A stretch of 60,992 nt of DNA from a candidate division WOR-3 bacterium (GCA_037441285.1 JBBISL010000010.1:1-60992); one strand, 5' to 3'. Positions 30,770 to 40,974 are shown, numbered from the stretch's first letter. Notes: generated by a model not told the origin, from the letters alone. Numbers and translations are program-made.

Positions 30770-30853
30770 TTCGCCACTCAATTCCCATCACGGAGAATTC
30801 AGTCAGGGGCGTGTCAGTTGACATTAAATCCGGTTGATGCATATAATAATCCC

Positions 30854-31123
30854 ATGCCAAAGGGAAAAATTGAAATACAAAAATTTGATGAAGACCTGAG
30901 CCGGGTAGAATTTGAAGAACTGGAGCGGGCAAAACGCCGTTATCGCCGAATCGGAAACACTATCCTCTTCCTCTTGATTCTCGCGGGACTTTTCTGGCTG
31001 GGTTGGCGCCTCTATCTCCACTATCGGAAACCCGCTCCTTCTCCCGAATCAACTGAAGTCGAAAGCCCGAACCTCTGGATTCCAGGTATCGACTACAAAC
31101 AAAACCGAGAAGAAGGCGAGTAG
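30854..31123 (+). CDS. small bitopic membrane protein of unknown function
   Basis: One TM helix; own promoter TTGACA-18-TATAAT at 30818-30847, 6 nt before the ATG. Confidence 0.7.
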   Translation: MPKGKIEIQKFDEDLSRVEFEELERAKRRYRRIGNTILFLLILAGLFWLGWRLYLHYRKPAPSPESTEVESPNLWIPGIDYKQNREEGE

Positions 31124-31190
31124 CCGGTATTCACGGCTAAGCAGAAATTGGAACCCTTTGAATAAAAGACAAAAGATTTAGAAAGCGTTT

Positions 31191-31535
31191 TTACTCTTTT
31201 GCCCAGATACCAATCCGACAACCACACGGGTCGCGGAAAAAGGCGTAATACCCAAACTCGTTGCCGATTTCAGTTTTAGGTTTCTCAATCTTCCCACCCA
31301 GTTCTTCTACTCTCTTCAGTGTTGCGGGGATGTCCGCCACTTTAATATAAACATCAATTGCCGGTTCCGGCATTTTCGAGATTTTATAAATCCCACCGCC
31401 AATACCACCTTCAACATCAAACATCATGTAGTTTTCGCCCGACTCAGCCATCTTCCAGCCAAACAATCGGGCATAAAACTCCGCCGAAAGTTTAACATCG
31501 GTCGCGGGGATTTCCCAGTAACACAAACTGTTCAC
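31191..31535 (-). CDS. VOC/glyoxalase-family protein
   Basis: WEIPATD, FYARLFGW and YAFFRDPCG. Confidence 0.9.
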   Translation of the reverse strand: MNSLCYWEIPATDVKLSAEFYARLFGWKMAESGENYMMFDVEGGIGGGIYKISKMPEPAIDVYIKVADIPATLKRVEELGGKIEKPKTEIGNEFGYYAFFRDPCGCRIGIWAKE

Positions 31536-32748
31536 ACTTTCCTCCTTTTTGATAAACTATCCTGCCTTTATGAATCACCATCCGCACCGGATTGTGGCCC
31601 AACCGGTAGGCAAAATGCCGATAGTCAGGGACATCGGTAATCACGATGTCCGCCCGCTTACCCGGCTCAATTGTGCCGATTTCCCTCTCGCGTCTTAACG
31701 CCCGTGCCGCATTGACTGTCACCCCTCTTATCGCTTCAACAACACTCAACCCATAGTGCAGACATCCAAATTGCAAAGTCAAAGGCTGGGCAAGAAGAGT
31801 AGAAGAACCAGGGTTAAAATCACTGCCCAGCGCGATATCTATCCCGAGCTCCCGCATCCGTACCACCGGCGGTTTGTGTCTCTCCTGGAGAAAGAAGCAG
31901 GTCCCGGGCAAAAGCACCGCTGTCACCCCGGTTTTTGCCATCGCTTCAAGACCCGTATCCGAAGGCTTCAAAAGATGACTGGCAGAAACCGCCCCGACTT
32001 CAGCCGCAACTTCAGCGCCACCTGAAGAATCAATCTCGTCGGCATGAATCGTGGGCAACAGCCCTGAACTCTTACCTGCCTGAAGAATCTGGCGGCTCTC
32101 GCTCGCATCAAACACAAAGTTTTCACAGAACACATCACAAAACTGCGCCAGTCTGGCTTCTGCCACCGCTGGCAACATCTTTTCAATTACTAACCGCACA
32201 TAATCTTGCTTCGTAACCCCATCGGGCACCGAATGGGCACCGAGAAATGTCGGCACAATCTCAGCCATCCTCAATTTGCCCAGCCGTTGCGCCACCCGTA
32301 GAATTTTGAGTTCGGTTTCTATGTCGAGGCCATAGCCTGACTTCACCTCCACCGTCGTCGTGCCCCAGGAAACCATCTCCTTCAGAAACTCAAGCGCCCT
32401 TGTGTAAAGTTCCTCTTCGGATGATTGACGGGTAGCACGCACCGTGGACAAAATTCCGCCTCCGGCCTGAGCAATCTCCTTGTAACTTTTACCTGCCAGC
32501 CGCATCTCAAACTCGTCTGCCCGCCAACCCCCAAAAATCAGATGGGTGTGCGGGTCAACAAAACCGGGTAAAACAACGCATCCTTTCGCATCAAGCACCT
32601 CTTCACCAATCTGGGGTTGTAAACCCGTACCCACCTCAACAATTTTTTCGCCCCGGATTCGCACCGCCCCATTGTAAATGATGCCCAGCCCCGAACCGGT
32701 AAGTTTAAGAATCTGACCGCAGTTTGTGATTAACACCCCATTACTCAT
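31492..32748 (-). CDS. hutI: imidazolonepropionase
   Basis: DPHTHLIFGG, GGGILSTV, EVKSGYGL, FLGAH, HADE and DFNPGS. Confidence 0.95.
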   Translation of the reverse strand: MSNGVLITNCGQILKLTGSGLGIIYNGAVRIRGEKIVEVGTGLQPQIGEEVLDAKGCVVLPGFVDPHTHLIFGGWRADEFEMRLAGKSYKEIAQAGGGILSTVRATRQSSEEELYTRALEFLKEMVSWGTTTVEVKSGYGLDIETELKILRVAQRLGKLRMAEIVPTFLGAHSVPDGVTKQDYVRLVIEKMLPAVAEARLAQFCDVFCENFVFDASESRQILQAGKSSGLLPTIHADEIDSSGGAEVAAEVGAVSASHLLKPSDTGLEAMAKTGVTAVLLPGTCFFLQERHKPPVVRMRELGIDIALGSDFNPGSSTLLAQPLTLQFGCLHYGLSVVEAIRGVTVNAARALRREREIGTIEPGKRADIVITDVPDYRHFAYRLGHNPVRMVIHKGRIVYQKGGKCEQFVLLGNPRDRC

Positions 32749-32920
32749 ACAGGTTATTATCTCAAAACTTATTGATAAATCAACTTTTACCCGATGTTAA
32801 TCTTGACATTAACTACTTTTCGTGTTTAGACTTAACATCTGCATTTACGAAAACGCCAGGGTCAACTTGTCCCGCGCCTTTCCGTAATGTGGGGAAAATA
32901 ACGATTAACAGGAGGAAAGT

Positions 32921-33415
32921 ATGAGACGGTTAATGGGGCTCTGTGTCATCCTGCTAATTTCTATTCTTTATCCAGTATACGCTAAGGACTGCAGCCAGTG
33001 GATTAAAGCACAACTCGACTCCATGGGAACATCATACACCATCACCGAAGATGGTGCATTCAAGTTGGAATATCCTGTGGAATTTTCTGTAGATGGGCGT
33101 ACCCAATTGGTATTTATTGCCTCAAAAACAGAAAATTTTCTTGCAAACGATGTTCTGGAAATTTGGTCTCCTGCCTTCTCCTGTGAAGGTCCGTTATCAG
33201 CAGAAATTGCCAATATATTGTTAAAAGACAACTCCGATAATTTGGTCGGCTTCTGGGAAATAAATACATCCTCTTCAGGTAAATCGTATGTGATATTCAA
33301 AGTGGTTTATGACGCTGAGAATATTAAGAAACTGTTCTCCCTTTATGTATTAGCTGTGGCAAGCGCCGCCGATGATATGGAAAAGAAGTTAACCAACGGC
33401 GGCGACCAGTACTAA
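32921..33415 (+). CDS. exported YbjN/type-III-chaperone-like protein
   Basis: Signal peptide; GRTQLVFI, EIWSP and ADDMEKKLT..D pattern; SD AGGAGG. Confidence 0.6.
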   Translation: MRRLMGLCVILLISILYPVYAKDCSQWIKAQLDSMGTSYTITEDGAFKLEYPVEFSVDGRTQLVFIASKTENFLANDVLEIWSPAFSCEGPLSAEIANILLKDNSDNLVGFWEINTSSSGKSYVIFKVVYDAENIKKLFSLYVLAVASAADDMEKKLTNGGDQY

Positions 33416-33423
33416 CGCCAGTT

Positions 33424-35565
33424 TCAGTTAAGCAGTACCAATTTTCGGGTTCGAGTCGGTTCCGGTGTCATCGTCCGAATAAAGTATAGACCGGTTGACA
33501 CCCGGCTGCCCTTTTCATCGGTCAGGTCCCAGTAAAGACATCCCGAACTCTGTCCCGGCAGAACCCGCACCAATTTCCCGGCGGCGTCGTATATCTCGAC
33601 CCGGCTCCCTGAGATTGAACCAACTTCTATCCTGCCCGCCTTCGATGCCTGAACCGTCGGTCCTGACCAGAAACCTTGAGCGTGCTGGTCCGGGCCTTCT
33701 TCCACTCCGGGGTTAAATCTAATCCGGAAATCTGCCGGCGCCGAAAATGCCCCCCAGCCAAACCGATTGTGTGTCTTGCAGGTCCATTTGTAACTGCGGT
33801 TGTAGACGAAAATCGTATCAGGAAGCGAACAGTAGGGCACAGTTTTTGTTTCCCGCCAGATAGTATCACTCAAACCGTAATAAACCCGGAAGCAAAAACT
33901 GTCAACATTGCGCAGGGTCGTATCAACCAGGAGCACAACCGGTGGATTAAGAATCTGCGAACCGGCGCGCGGTGAAAGCAGGGTTGGCGGTAACGGCTCC
34001 CGAATCAAGCGAAAACAGCCAAATGTCCCGTCGTTTGCGGTCAATACCCCGTTGTGATACTGCCGGAACCGCAACCGCACCGACTCGCAGGGTGAAAGCG
34101 CCGGATTGAGATACCAGCGATACAAGCCGCTGTCCGGAACACTGTCAAGGAGCGACCAGGTTTTGCCTGCGTCGAAAGAAATGTCAATCGCAACCGCTGT
34201 TGCCGGATTGCCAAAGTTGTCCCAGCGGACATCAATCGTATCCCCGACCTGCAAAACTTCACCGCGGCCAAAGGAGTTGTAAAATGTATCGCCCATCGGG
34301 TAACGCACCTCAATTTTGTGGACATCGCCGCCGCGGGGATGGGGCGAAGCCACATGGGATTGTCCCTCCCCTGAGTAGTGCCACCATTCAGCCGGTGCCC
34401 ACCAGGTGTTGTGAACATAAAGGTCCTTTTCCGGTGTCCGATAACCATAGGCGGCAAGCGAATGAATCGCCCAGATTGCCGACCATACATAAGCATAACC
34501 ACCGTCAATCTCGGCAACAATCGTATTCCATGCCCAGTCGTTGCTCGCAGAGCCGTAATCCTCAACCATCTCAAAGTCGTAGCCGTTGTCGTAACCCACA
34601 AGGTAAAGACCCTGGGCGATTGCGCCCAGATAGGTGCCGCCGCTTGTTGTATCTGTGAACATCCTCAAGGCGCACTCCCGCTGCACATTGGGAATCTGCT
34701 TGTCCCATTCCCCTTCCACCATATCCCATCGCTGCCAGAACCAGTCAACCAGCCTGCCATAATCCTGAGTTCGGTCAATATATCCCAAAACCATCGCCGC
34801 TGAAGTCGGAGTGCAGCCATAACTCCAGTCGTAAAACGGAGCCCGTCCCGCGTTCGGGACATAGACCTCATTGAACTGAGAAAAGTCCCTCTTGAGCGCC
34901 TGTTCCCACTCCTGCCGGTAATGCGCCGCTGCGACCGGGTCTTCATCCTGAACCCCTGCCGCCGTCTTCTGCTGCCGGATATCGTTGACAAAATCTGTTC
35001 GCGAGCGCCACATTCGTTCAAAATGGTTGCTGAATATCACCTTCTCTCCGGTTGAACTGGAAAACTCAAGAAATGTCACCGGCGCGACAAAGTATATTCG
35101 GGACAGGAAAACCGGCGCACCAAGAACCTCCTCTGCCCGCCTCTGACCTTCGCTTCCTATTGCGTAGAACTCCGATGCTCCATACCCGTAGAAAACTATT
35201 GGCGTCCGGTCGTATCGGGCGGAGATAAAAATATGGGCATACTTTGAACGCCAGCGGGTCAAATCGGTATTGACTGTGAGGTTCTCACGCTCGGCAAAGA
35301 TATCCTGGACCACCTGCTCATAATCAGGAAACTCCTTGCCATCGGTTCGGAAATGAAACATATAGCCCACGGTATAGCCGTTTTCGTCTGCATAGGGCAA
35401 AAATACCCCTAATCGAGCCCCGGGCCACTCTGCTGCTGCCTTGCGCAGCGCCAAATCCTTAATCGTCTCAAACCGCACCGCCTGAGCCGGAGTCAAACCC
35501 GCCTCGGGCAAATTGAGCGCCCCTACCGCGCTCAGGCAAAAAACTAATACAAAAAAAATCTTCAT
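33424..35565 (-). CDS. exported papain-like cysteine protease (C10/C39-like) with a FlgD-Ig/T9SS-like C-terminal domain
   Basis: Signal peptide, long pro-region, YGCTPTSAAM (Cys), IHSLAAYGY (His) and VHNTW (Asn); C-terminus IYDAAGKLVR..YWDLTD..GLYFIR..KLVLL. Confidence 0.8.
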   Translation of the reverse strand: MKIFFVLVFCLSAVGALNLPEAGLTPAQAVRFETIKDLALRKAAAEWPGARLGVFLPYADENGYTVGYMFHFRTDGKEFPDYEQVVQDIFAERENLTVNTDLTRWRSKYAHIFISARYDRTPIVFYGYGASEFYAIGSEGQRRAEEVLGAPVFLSRIYFVAPVTFLEFSSSTGEKVIFSNHFERMWRSRTDFVNDIRQQKTAAGVQDEDPVAAAHYRQEWEQALKRDFSQFNEVYVPNAGRAPFYDWSYGCTPTSAAMVLGYIDRTQDYGRLVDWFWQRWDMVEGEWDKQIPNVQRECALRMFTDTTSGGTYLGAIAQGLYLVGYDNGYDFEMVEDYGSASNDWAWNTIVAEIDGGYAYVWSAIWAIHSLAAYGYRTPEKDLYVHNTWWAPAEWWHYSGEGQSHVASPHPRGGDVHKIEVRYPMGDTFYNSFGRGEVLQVGDTIDVRWDNFGNPATAVAIDISFDAGKTWSLLDSVPDSGLYRWYLNPALSPCESVRLRFRQYHNGVLTANDGTFGCFRLIREPLPPTLLSPRAGSQILNPPVVLLVDTTLRNVDSFCFRVYYGLSDTIWRETKTVPYCSLPDTIFVYNRSYKWTCKTHNRFGWGAFSAPADFRIRFNPGVEEGPDQHAQGFWSGPTVQASKAGRIEVGSISGSRVEIYDAAGKLVRVLPGQSSGCLYWDLTDEKGSRVSTGLYFIRTMTPEPTRTRKLVLLN

Positions 35566-35689
35566 CTTAACTCCTTTCACAATATATGAGTAGATTATAA
35601 ATTTTACCGCGGTATTTTCCCCTGTCCAATGCTTCGTTTAACCCCAAAAGAGTAACGAACCCGAACCGTTGGCGAAAAATCAAAAACAA

Positions 35690-36124
35690 CTACTTTGCTC
35701 TCAATCGCAACTTCAACTTACCATCTTCACCGAAAAGCCCCAGGTTACTACCAAAAAAGAAAACCAGTTTACCCTGTTCATCATACAGCGAAACTCCCTC
35801 TTTCGTTAATCTAAGCCGCTCTCTGCCATCATCTTCGAACATCGCAATGTACCGGGCTGATATCTTCAATCGCATCTTTCCTTCCTTATTGTAAACTTCG
35901 AGCCCGGTGGTGTTTTGGTCTTTGTTCAACACGACAACACCATCACCATCACTATCATAGAGCACAATATCAGGCTCATCCTCCTCGGCGGTAATATCAA
36001 CTTGTATCTTGCCATTCTCATCTTCCACCGCCACAGCCCGTGTCCGAATCACATCTCCCTTTTTCCCTGAGCCAAAGGCGACCGCGCTCAGGGTAATAAG
36101 CAAGGCGGTAAAATATTTCCTCAT
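35690..36124 (-). CDS. exported hypothetical protein with beta-hairpin repeats
   Basis: Signal peptide, SD AGGAGG and repeated (Y/F)DxxGKxRL-like units. Confidence 0.7.
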   Translation of the reverse strand: MRKYFTALLITLSAVAFGSGKKGDVIRTRAVAVEDENGKIQVDITAEEDEPDIVLYDSDGDGVVVLNKDQNTTGLEVYNKEGKMRLKISARYIAMFEDDGRERLRLTKEGVSLYDEQGKLVFFFGSNLGLFGEDGKLKLRLRAK

Positions 36125-36159
36125 AACACCTCCTGCTCTTTTAATATAACTGGCAACGA

Positions 36160-37653
36160 TTAGCGTCGCCCTTTAATAAAGAACCTTTGTACTCGAACCC
36201 GGCGTCGTCCCCGCTGCTGCATAACCAAACCCAAAAGAATGCCTATCGGGTAGATTATCAAAGTCCAGTCTCCGAATCGCCGGTAAAATGTCGGACCAAT
36301 CGCCTGCGGAACCTGACCGATGAGAACATCCTGAATGAACAGCTTGGTCTTCTTGACAACCCGGCCATACGGGTCAACAATAAATGAGATGCCATTGTTT
36401 GCTGACCGCACCATTGGCACCCCATTTTCCACGGTGCGCATTACCGCCAGTTCCGCATGCTGATGGGCACCGGGCAGCGTACCAAACCAGCCGTCATTGG
36501 TTACGACAACAAGAAGATTTGCGCCCCGGGTGCAGAACTGCCGTGCCAGGTCCGGAAAAATCGCCTCAAAGCAGATGAGTCCGGACAGTTTGCCTACCCG
36601 AGACTCAAACACAGTGTAGTTCCAGCCCCGGTCCCAGTTTCCCATATCCGCGGTACCAATCAATTTCCGGACGATTGGCAGTTCATCGGCATAGGGAATT
36701 TTTTCGGAAAATGGCACCAGCCGCATCTTATAATAACGCTGAGTTATCTCTCCACCAGGACGAATAAGAACCGCGCCATTGTGCCAGGTGCGGTGGCCAT
36801 CATCGTAAATCGGGGTGCCGGTAAAGATCTCAATGTTCAGTGAGTCGGCAAGCGCACGTAATGCCGGTCCCATCGTTGTTGAATGCAAAACATCGACCAG
36901 TGTTGCGGTCTCAGGATAAATCACCAAATCAGGTGTATCTTTTGCCGCCTCCTGAGTCAGGCGAATCAGGTCCGATTGAATCCGCTCCCTTGAATCCCAA
37001 TCACCCTTATCAAACGGCGAAACATTCGGCTGCACAATTGCCACCCGAAACCAGGGGACAAGCGGTTTCATATGCCCGCGACTGTACACTAATGGGATTA
37101 AAAAGGCAACGACCAGACCGAGAGCATAGCCTATCCTATGCCGGGAAAAAAGCACCCGATAAATTAACAGGTTCACCAGCACCACCCAGGCAGAGACAAG
37201 ATAAACCCCGCCCAGCGCTGCCGGTTGAATAAAAGGTGTATAAGGGGTCATTGCATAACCAACCAAATCCCAGGGAAAGGCAATCTGGGTTCGGGAACGG
37301 GCAAATTCAAGCAGGGGCAAAACAAGCGGTGCTGACCACAACCCGAACCGGCGAACTAAAAAACTAAATACACCTGTGTAAAGCCCGAGATATCCGAAGA
37401 GCAAAACCACACCGATATTCAGTAAAAACCGGGTTATCGGCTGCACCGGTACAACCAGAAACCATAGCCACCAGAGATGAAACCCCGCGGCGAAAAACCC
37501 AAAAAGCCAGCCCCAGAAAAACACCTTCTTGCCCTTTTCGATTATCCAGAAGAGCGGTATCAGGGCAAAAAAAGCTAAAAACCGCAATGGAAACGGTGCA
37601 AACGCCAGACCCAGACAAAGTGCCGCGAAAAAAAGTATCAGGAACCGGCGGAT
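36160..37653 (-). CDS. lnt: apolipoprotein N-acyltransferase (probable non-canonical ATC start at 37653; first canonical start is TTG 37587)
   Basis: LAFAPF, FPW, IVQPN, YPE, YYKMRLVPFSE, ICFEAIF, TNDGWF and RSANNGIS. Confidence 0.93.
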   Translation of the reverse strand: MRRFLILFFAALCLGLAFAPFPLRFLAFFALIPLFWIIEKGKKVFFWGWLFGFFAAGFHLWWLWFLVVPVQPITRFLLNIGVVLLFGYLGLYTGVFSFLVRRFGLWSAPLVLPLLEFARSRTQIAFPWDLVGYAMTPYTPFIQPAALGGVYLVSAWVVLVNLLIYRVLFSRHRIGYALGLVVAFLIPLVYSRGHMKPLVPWFRVAIVQPNVSPFDKGDWDSRERIQSDLIRLTQEAAKDTPDLVIYPETATLVDVLHSTTMGPALRALADSLNIEIFTGTPIYDDGHRTWHNGAVLIRPGGEITQRYYKMRLVPFSEKIPYADELPIVRKLIGTADMGNWDRGWNYTVFESRVGKLSGLICFEAIFPDLARQFCTRGANLLVVVTNDGWFGTLPGAHQHAELAVMRTVENGVPMVRSANNGISFIVDPYGRVVKKTKLFIQDVLIGQVPQAIGPTFYRRFGDWTLIIYPIGILLGLVMQQRGRRRVRVQRFFIKGRR

Positions 37654-38675
37654 GGTGCCTTCCTTTCTTCAGCAAGTTCTACCTCTTGACCCGAAGCATT
37701 GGACCGATAAAACCCATCGGTAATCCGGGAAATGGTCAGGGCATCTTCAACGGTTTCCGCCGGTGGCAGGTCCTGTAAAAGCGAATCGACCCACAGTTCA
37801 ATCAGCCGGTTGTACGCCTCGCGCAAAAGCCCCTTCTCCGGAATCTGGGGTGTGATGTTAACCAGCCTGCCATGCATCTCCTTGTTGATGGTAATCGGAT
37901 TCAACAGCGCCGCCCCTGAGGTGCCAAACAGATTGAAATAGACAAAGTCCCGCTCCATCAACAAACTCCAGCCCACCTCCACCGTCAAAACCACATCTGA
38001 ATCGAACTTGATTAAGGCAAATGCCGTGTCTTCCACCGCAGCACCGGCATTCCGCTTTGCCGCCACGCCATAAATCCGCACCGGTTTTGCCGGCTTCAAA
38101 ACCCAGAGCGCCGAATCGAGCAACGCCGAACCAAGCGTTAAGAACGCACCGCCACCAGCGCGCCGCGGCTCATACCACCAGCCTGCAGGCGACCAGGACT
38201 CACGACCTCGCAGCCAGCCTGTCTTACAGTAATACACCTTGCCCAGTTCCCGACCGTCAACAAAATTCTTGACCGTCTGGACATCAGGTCTTAAACGGGT
38301 CACCAGACAGGGCATCAAGCGACGCCGGGTTCGTTCTGCCGCCGCAACCATCTGCTGCGCCTCGTAATAGTTAAGTGCCAGCGGCATTTCGCACAAAACA
38401 TCCTTGCCGTAGTCCATTGCAGCAATCGCCATCGGCGCATGCAGATAATTCGGGGTCGCCAGCACCACCGCTTGAACTTCTTCATCCTCCTTCAACCGGT
38501 CAAAATCGGTGTAATACTTCTTTACCCCGTGCAACGAAGCGAGATGGCGCAGTTTCCGGACATCGTTATCGCACAATGCCACCAGTTCCACACCGGGGTT
38601 TGCCTTCAATGCCGGAATAAGTACCAGTTGTGCCTGGGCACCGCAACCGACAACCGCAACCCGGAGCCGGCTCGT
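37638..38675 (-). CDS. Gfo/Idh/MocA-family oxidoreductase (start ACG 38675 or TTG 38729)
   Basis: VAVVGCG, LATPNYLH, GKDVLCEMP, GGGA and VEDTA. Confidence 0.9.
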   Translation of the reverse strand, partial: TSRLRVAVVGCGAQAQLVLIPALKANPGVELVALCDNDVRKLRHLASLHGVKKYYTDFDRLKEDEEVQAVVLATPNYLHAPMAIAAMDYGKDVLCEMPLALNYYEAQQMVAAAERTRRRLMPCLVTRLRPDVQTVKNFVDGRELGKVYYCKTGWLRGRESWSPAGWWYEPRRAGGGAFLTLGSALLDSALWVLKPAKPVRIYGVAAKRNAGAAVEDTAFALIKFDSDVVLTVEVGWSLLMERDFVYFNLFGTSGAALLNPITINKEMHGRLVNITPQIPEKGLLREAYNRLIELWVDSLLQDLPPAETVEDALTISRITDGFYRSNASGQEVELAEERKAPSAGS

Positions 38676-39301
38676 TATCGGTAACGCACCAGCACCCGCC
38701 GTCCTTGTATTTCCAGCCTGTCCTCGCAAAACAACCTCACCGCCTCAGGATATGCCTGATGCTCCTCAACCAGAACCCGCAAAGAAAGCGACTCCGGCGT
38801 ATCTACATCCCGCACCGGTATTGCCCTTTGCACGATAATTGGTCCGCAATCGACCTCTCCGGTTACAAAGTGCACCGTGCAACCGGTAATCTTCACCCCA
38901 TAATTGAGCACCGCTTCATGAACCTGAATCCCCTGTAAACCGGCAAAAGCGGGCAGGAGTGAAGGATGAATGTTCATTATCCGCATCGGATACCGCTCAA
39001 GAAACTTTTGCGACAAAATCCGGTTGAACCCGGCAAGACAAACCAGGTCAATTTGATAGGGCTCCAGGACCTTCATAATTTCTTCTTCAAACGCTGACCG
39101 GCGAGAAAAGTTTCGGTGGTCAATGGTCACGGTGGGAATCCGGAAAGTGGCGGCACGATTCAAAACCGGGGCATCCGGCACATTGGCAACTAAAATTCTA
39201 ATCTCCGCAGGAAAGTCCGGCCGCTCACAATTGCGGGCTAACGCCTCAAAATTTGTTCCGCGCCCTGAAGCCAGAACCGCAATCCCCTTTTTCGCTTTCA
39301 T
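38675..39301 (-). CDS. purN: phosphoribosylglycinamide formyltransferase
   Basis: ASGRGTN, LAGF, NIHPSLLP, GCTVHFV and DCGPII. Confidence 0.97.
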   Translation of the reverse strand: MKAKKGIAVLASGRGTNFEALARNCERPDFPAEIRILVANVPDAPVLNRAATFRIPTVTIDHRNFSRRSAFEEEIMKVLEPYQIDLVCLAGFNRILSQKFLERYPMRIMNIHPSLLPAFAGLQGIQVHEAVLNYGVKITGCTVHFVTGEVDCGPIIVQRAIPVRDVDTPESLSLRVLVEEHQAYPEAVRLFCEDRLEIQGRRVLVRYR

Positions 39302-39453
39302 ACAACGATTGTAATTATTCGCCCGGAGTTGTCAAAACAAACAACCCACCTTAAAAATAATCTCTTTGAAATGGGTTTGTTTTTGGGTAAAACTATTAAA
39401 TCATACCTTTACAATTTATTTATCTTAATCGCAAACATAACTCTTTCTATTTT

Positions 39454-40974
39454 CTATCGCACCAACACCACCTTTTTCACTTCGTTAATATCAGGCATCT
39501 TTAGTGTCACAAAGTAAACACCAGCAGGCAAACCGTGCGGAATTACCGTAAAATGTTTTCCCCTGCCCTTTCCGCCCCGCTCAAGAATCCGTACCATCCT
39601 GCCCGAGACATCATATAGGTCAATTTCCACAACTCCAGCCCGCTCAAGAAAATAACCAATCCGATAAGCGCCAAACATCGGGTCCGATACCCAACCAGCA
39701 ACCACCTGCCCTTTACTCCAACTTACACCCTGAGGTCCACTCCTGCCCTTCTTGAAATAGATATCTTTCATCAGGTGGCTGGAACTATCCTCGTGATTCC
39801 AGATTAAATACAAGTTATGGCAATTAAGGCTGTCGCGCATGCCGGTAAGAAAATAATTGAAATACTGCCAGTCTGTCGTATAAGGTGCTACTTGAGAAGG
39901 CGTCTGCCACTCACCCGAAACTGTCCGCTGATTTAACCATAGCCCTACGGTATACTCAGGACCCTGTTGTTTCCATGCACGCCAAACAGCATAGGCGGTG
40001 CCATCGTTGATGAAGAAAAGAGAAGCGCCCGAATGGTTAAAAGTATCAAGCAAACTTACCATCATCCAATTCTGCCAGCCACTAAAAGACCTGAAAGTGT
40101 GAAATACGCGGTAAAGGGAACCCTGAAATGGATCGGCAGATACATTGGGCTCACCGGTAATCGCATTGATTGCTAAAACTGAAAAACTCACCCAGCGCAC
40201 TGTGTCCGGGCAAGGAATCGACTCCAATGGGCTCCAGACCGTGTCAGTCCGATAGCGATAAAAATAACGACAGTCCGGAGAACTCCAGCGAGTAACCGGA
40301 TGCACGGTGTGCACCCGATTGTCCGGACCAGCCGCAATCTGCGGTAAAACAATATAATGAGTTGTGTCCACGCTGTCCACCGTAAAGGTTGGACTCCAGA
40401 CACCACCCTTTTTCTCCCGATACACAACCCAGGAGCCGTATATCGGATACCATTCCCGCCAGACCACATGGACACTGCCATCTGGTGTGCAAGCGATATT
40501 CGCATCAAATCTGGGCATCGTGCCGGACCCAACACTGATTAAGGTTGACACACTGTCCCAGACGCCATCTGCCCGGCGCATCTTATACCAGATGTGATAG
40601 CCATCATACTGCGCCCAGACTATATGGATGTTACCCTGCGAATCGCAGGCAATTGCTGGATACCCGCACCGCTCCCACTGCGCCAAATCGGCGCTGATGC
40701 AGGTGTCAGGAGTCCAGCCCACATCAGGAACAAACCGCTTGTAATAAATCTGAGGACGCTGGGGAGTTCCGGCACGGTCCGACATCCAGACAAGATGTAG
40801 CTGACCATCAGGCGTTGCTACCATCTTCGACTGCAGAGGCGCATTCTCAAGGGAGTTACTGAACTCTCCGGTTATCAAAAGCGTCTCCGGCTCCCAGATG
40901 ATGCCAAAAAAAGGGGATGCAAAATTTTGACTGGTAACACCAATCAGCATAGCTAACATCAAAATTGTTAGCAC
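39454..40974 (-). CDS. exported beta-propeller protein with a T9SS-like C-terminal domain
   Basis: Signal peptide; repeats of the form A.TPDG.(L/I/V)H(L/I/V)VW...Y...W; C-terminus LYDVSGRMV..LPAGVYFV..KKVVLVR. Confidence 0.8.
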   Translation of the reverse strand: MLTILMLAMLIGVTSQNFASPFFGIIWEPETLLITGEFSNSLENAPLQSKMVATPDGQLHLVWMSDRAGTPQRPQIYYKRFVPDVGWTPDTCISADLAQWERCGYPAIACDSQGNIHIVWAQYDGYHIWYKMRRADGVWDSVSTLISVGSGTMPRFDANIACTPDGSVHVVWREWYPIYGSWVVYREKKGGVWSPTFTVDSVDTTHYIVLPQIAAGPDNRVHTVHPVTRWSSPDCRYFYRYRTDTVWSPLESIPCPDTVRWVSFSVLAINAITGEPNVSADPFQGSLYRVFHTFRSFSGWQNWMMVSLLDTFNHSGASLFFINDGTAYAVWRAWKQQGPEYTVGLWLNQRTVSGEWQTPSQVAPYTTDWQYFNYFLTGMRDSLNCHNLYLIWNHEDSSSHLMKDIYFKKGRSGPQGVSWSKGQVVAGWVSDPMFGAYRIGYFLERAGVVEIDLYDVSGRMVRILERGGKGRGKHFTVIPHGLPAGVYFVTLKMPDINEVKKVVLVR

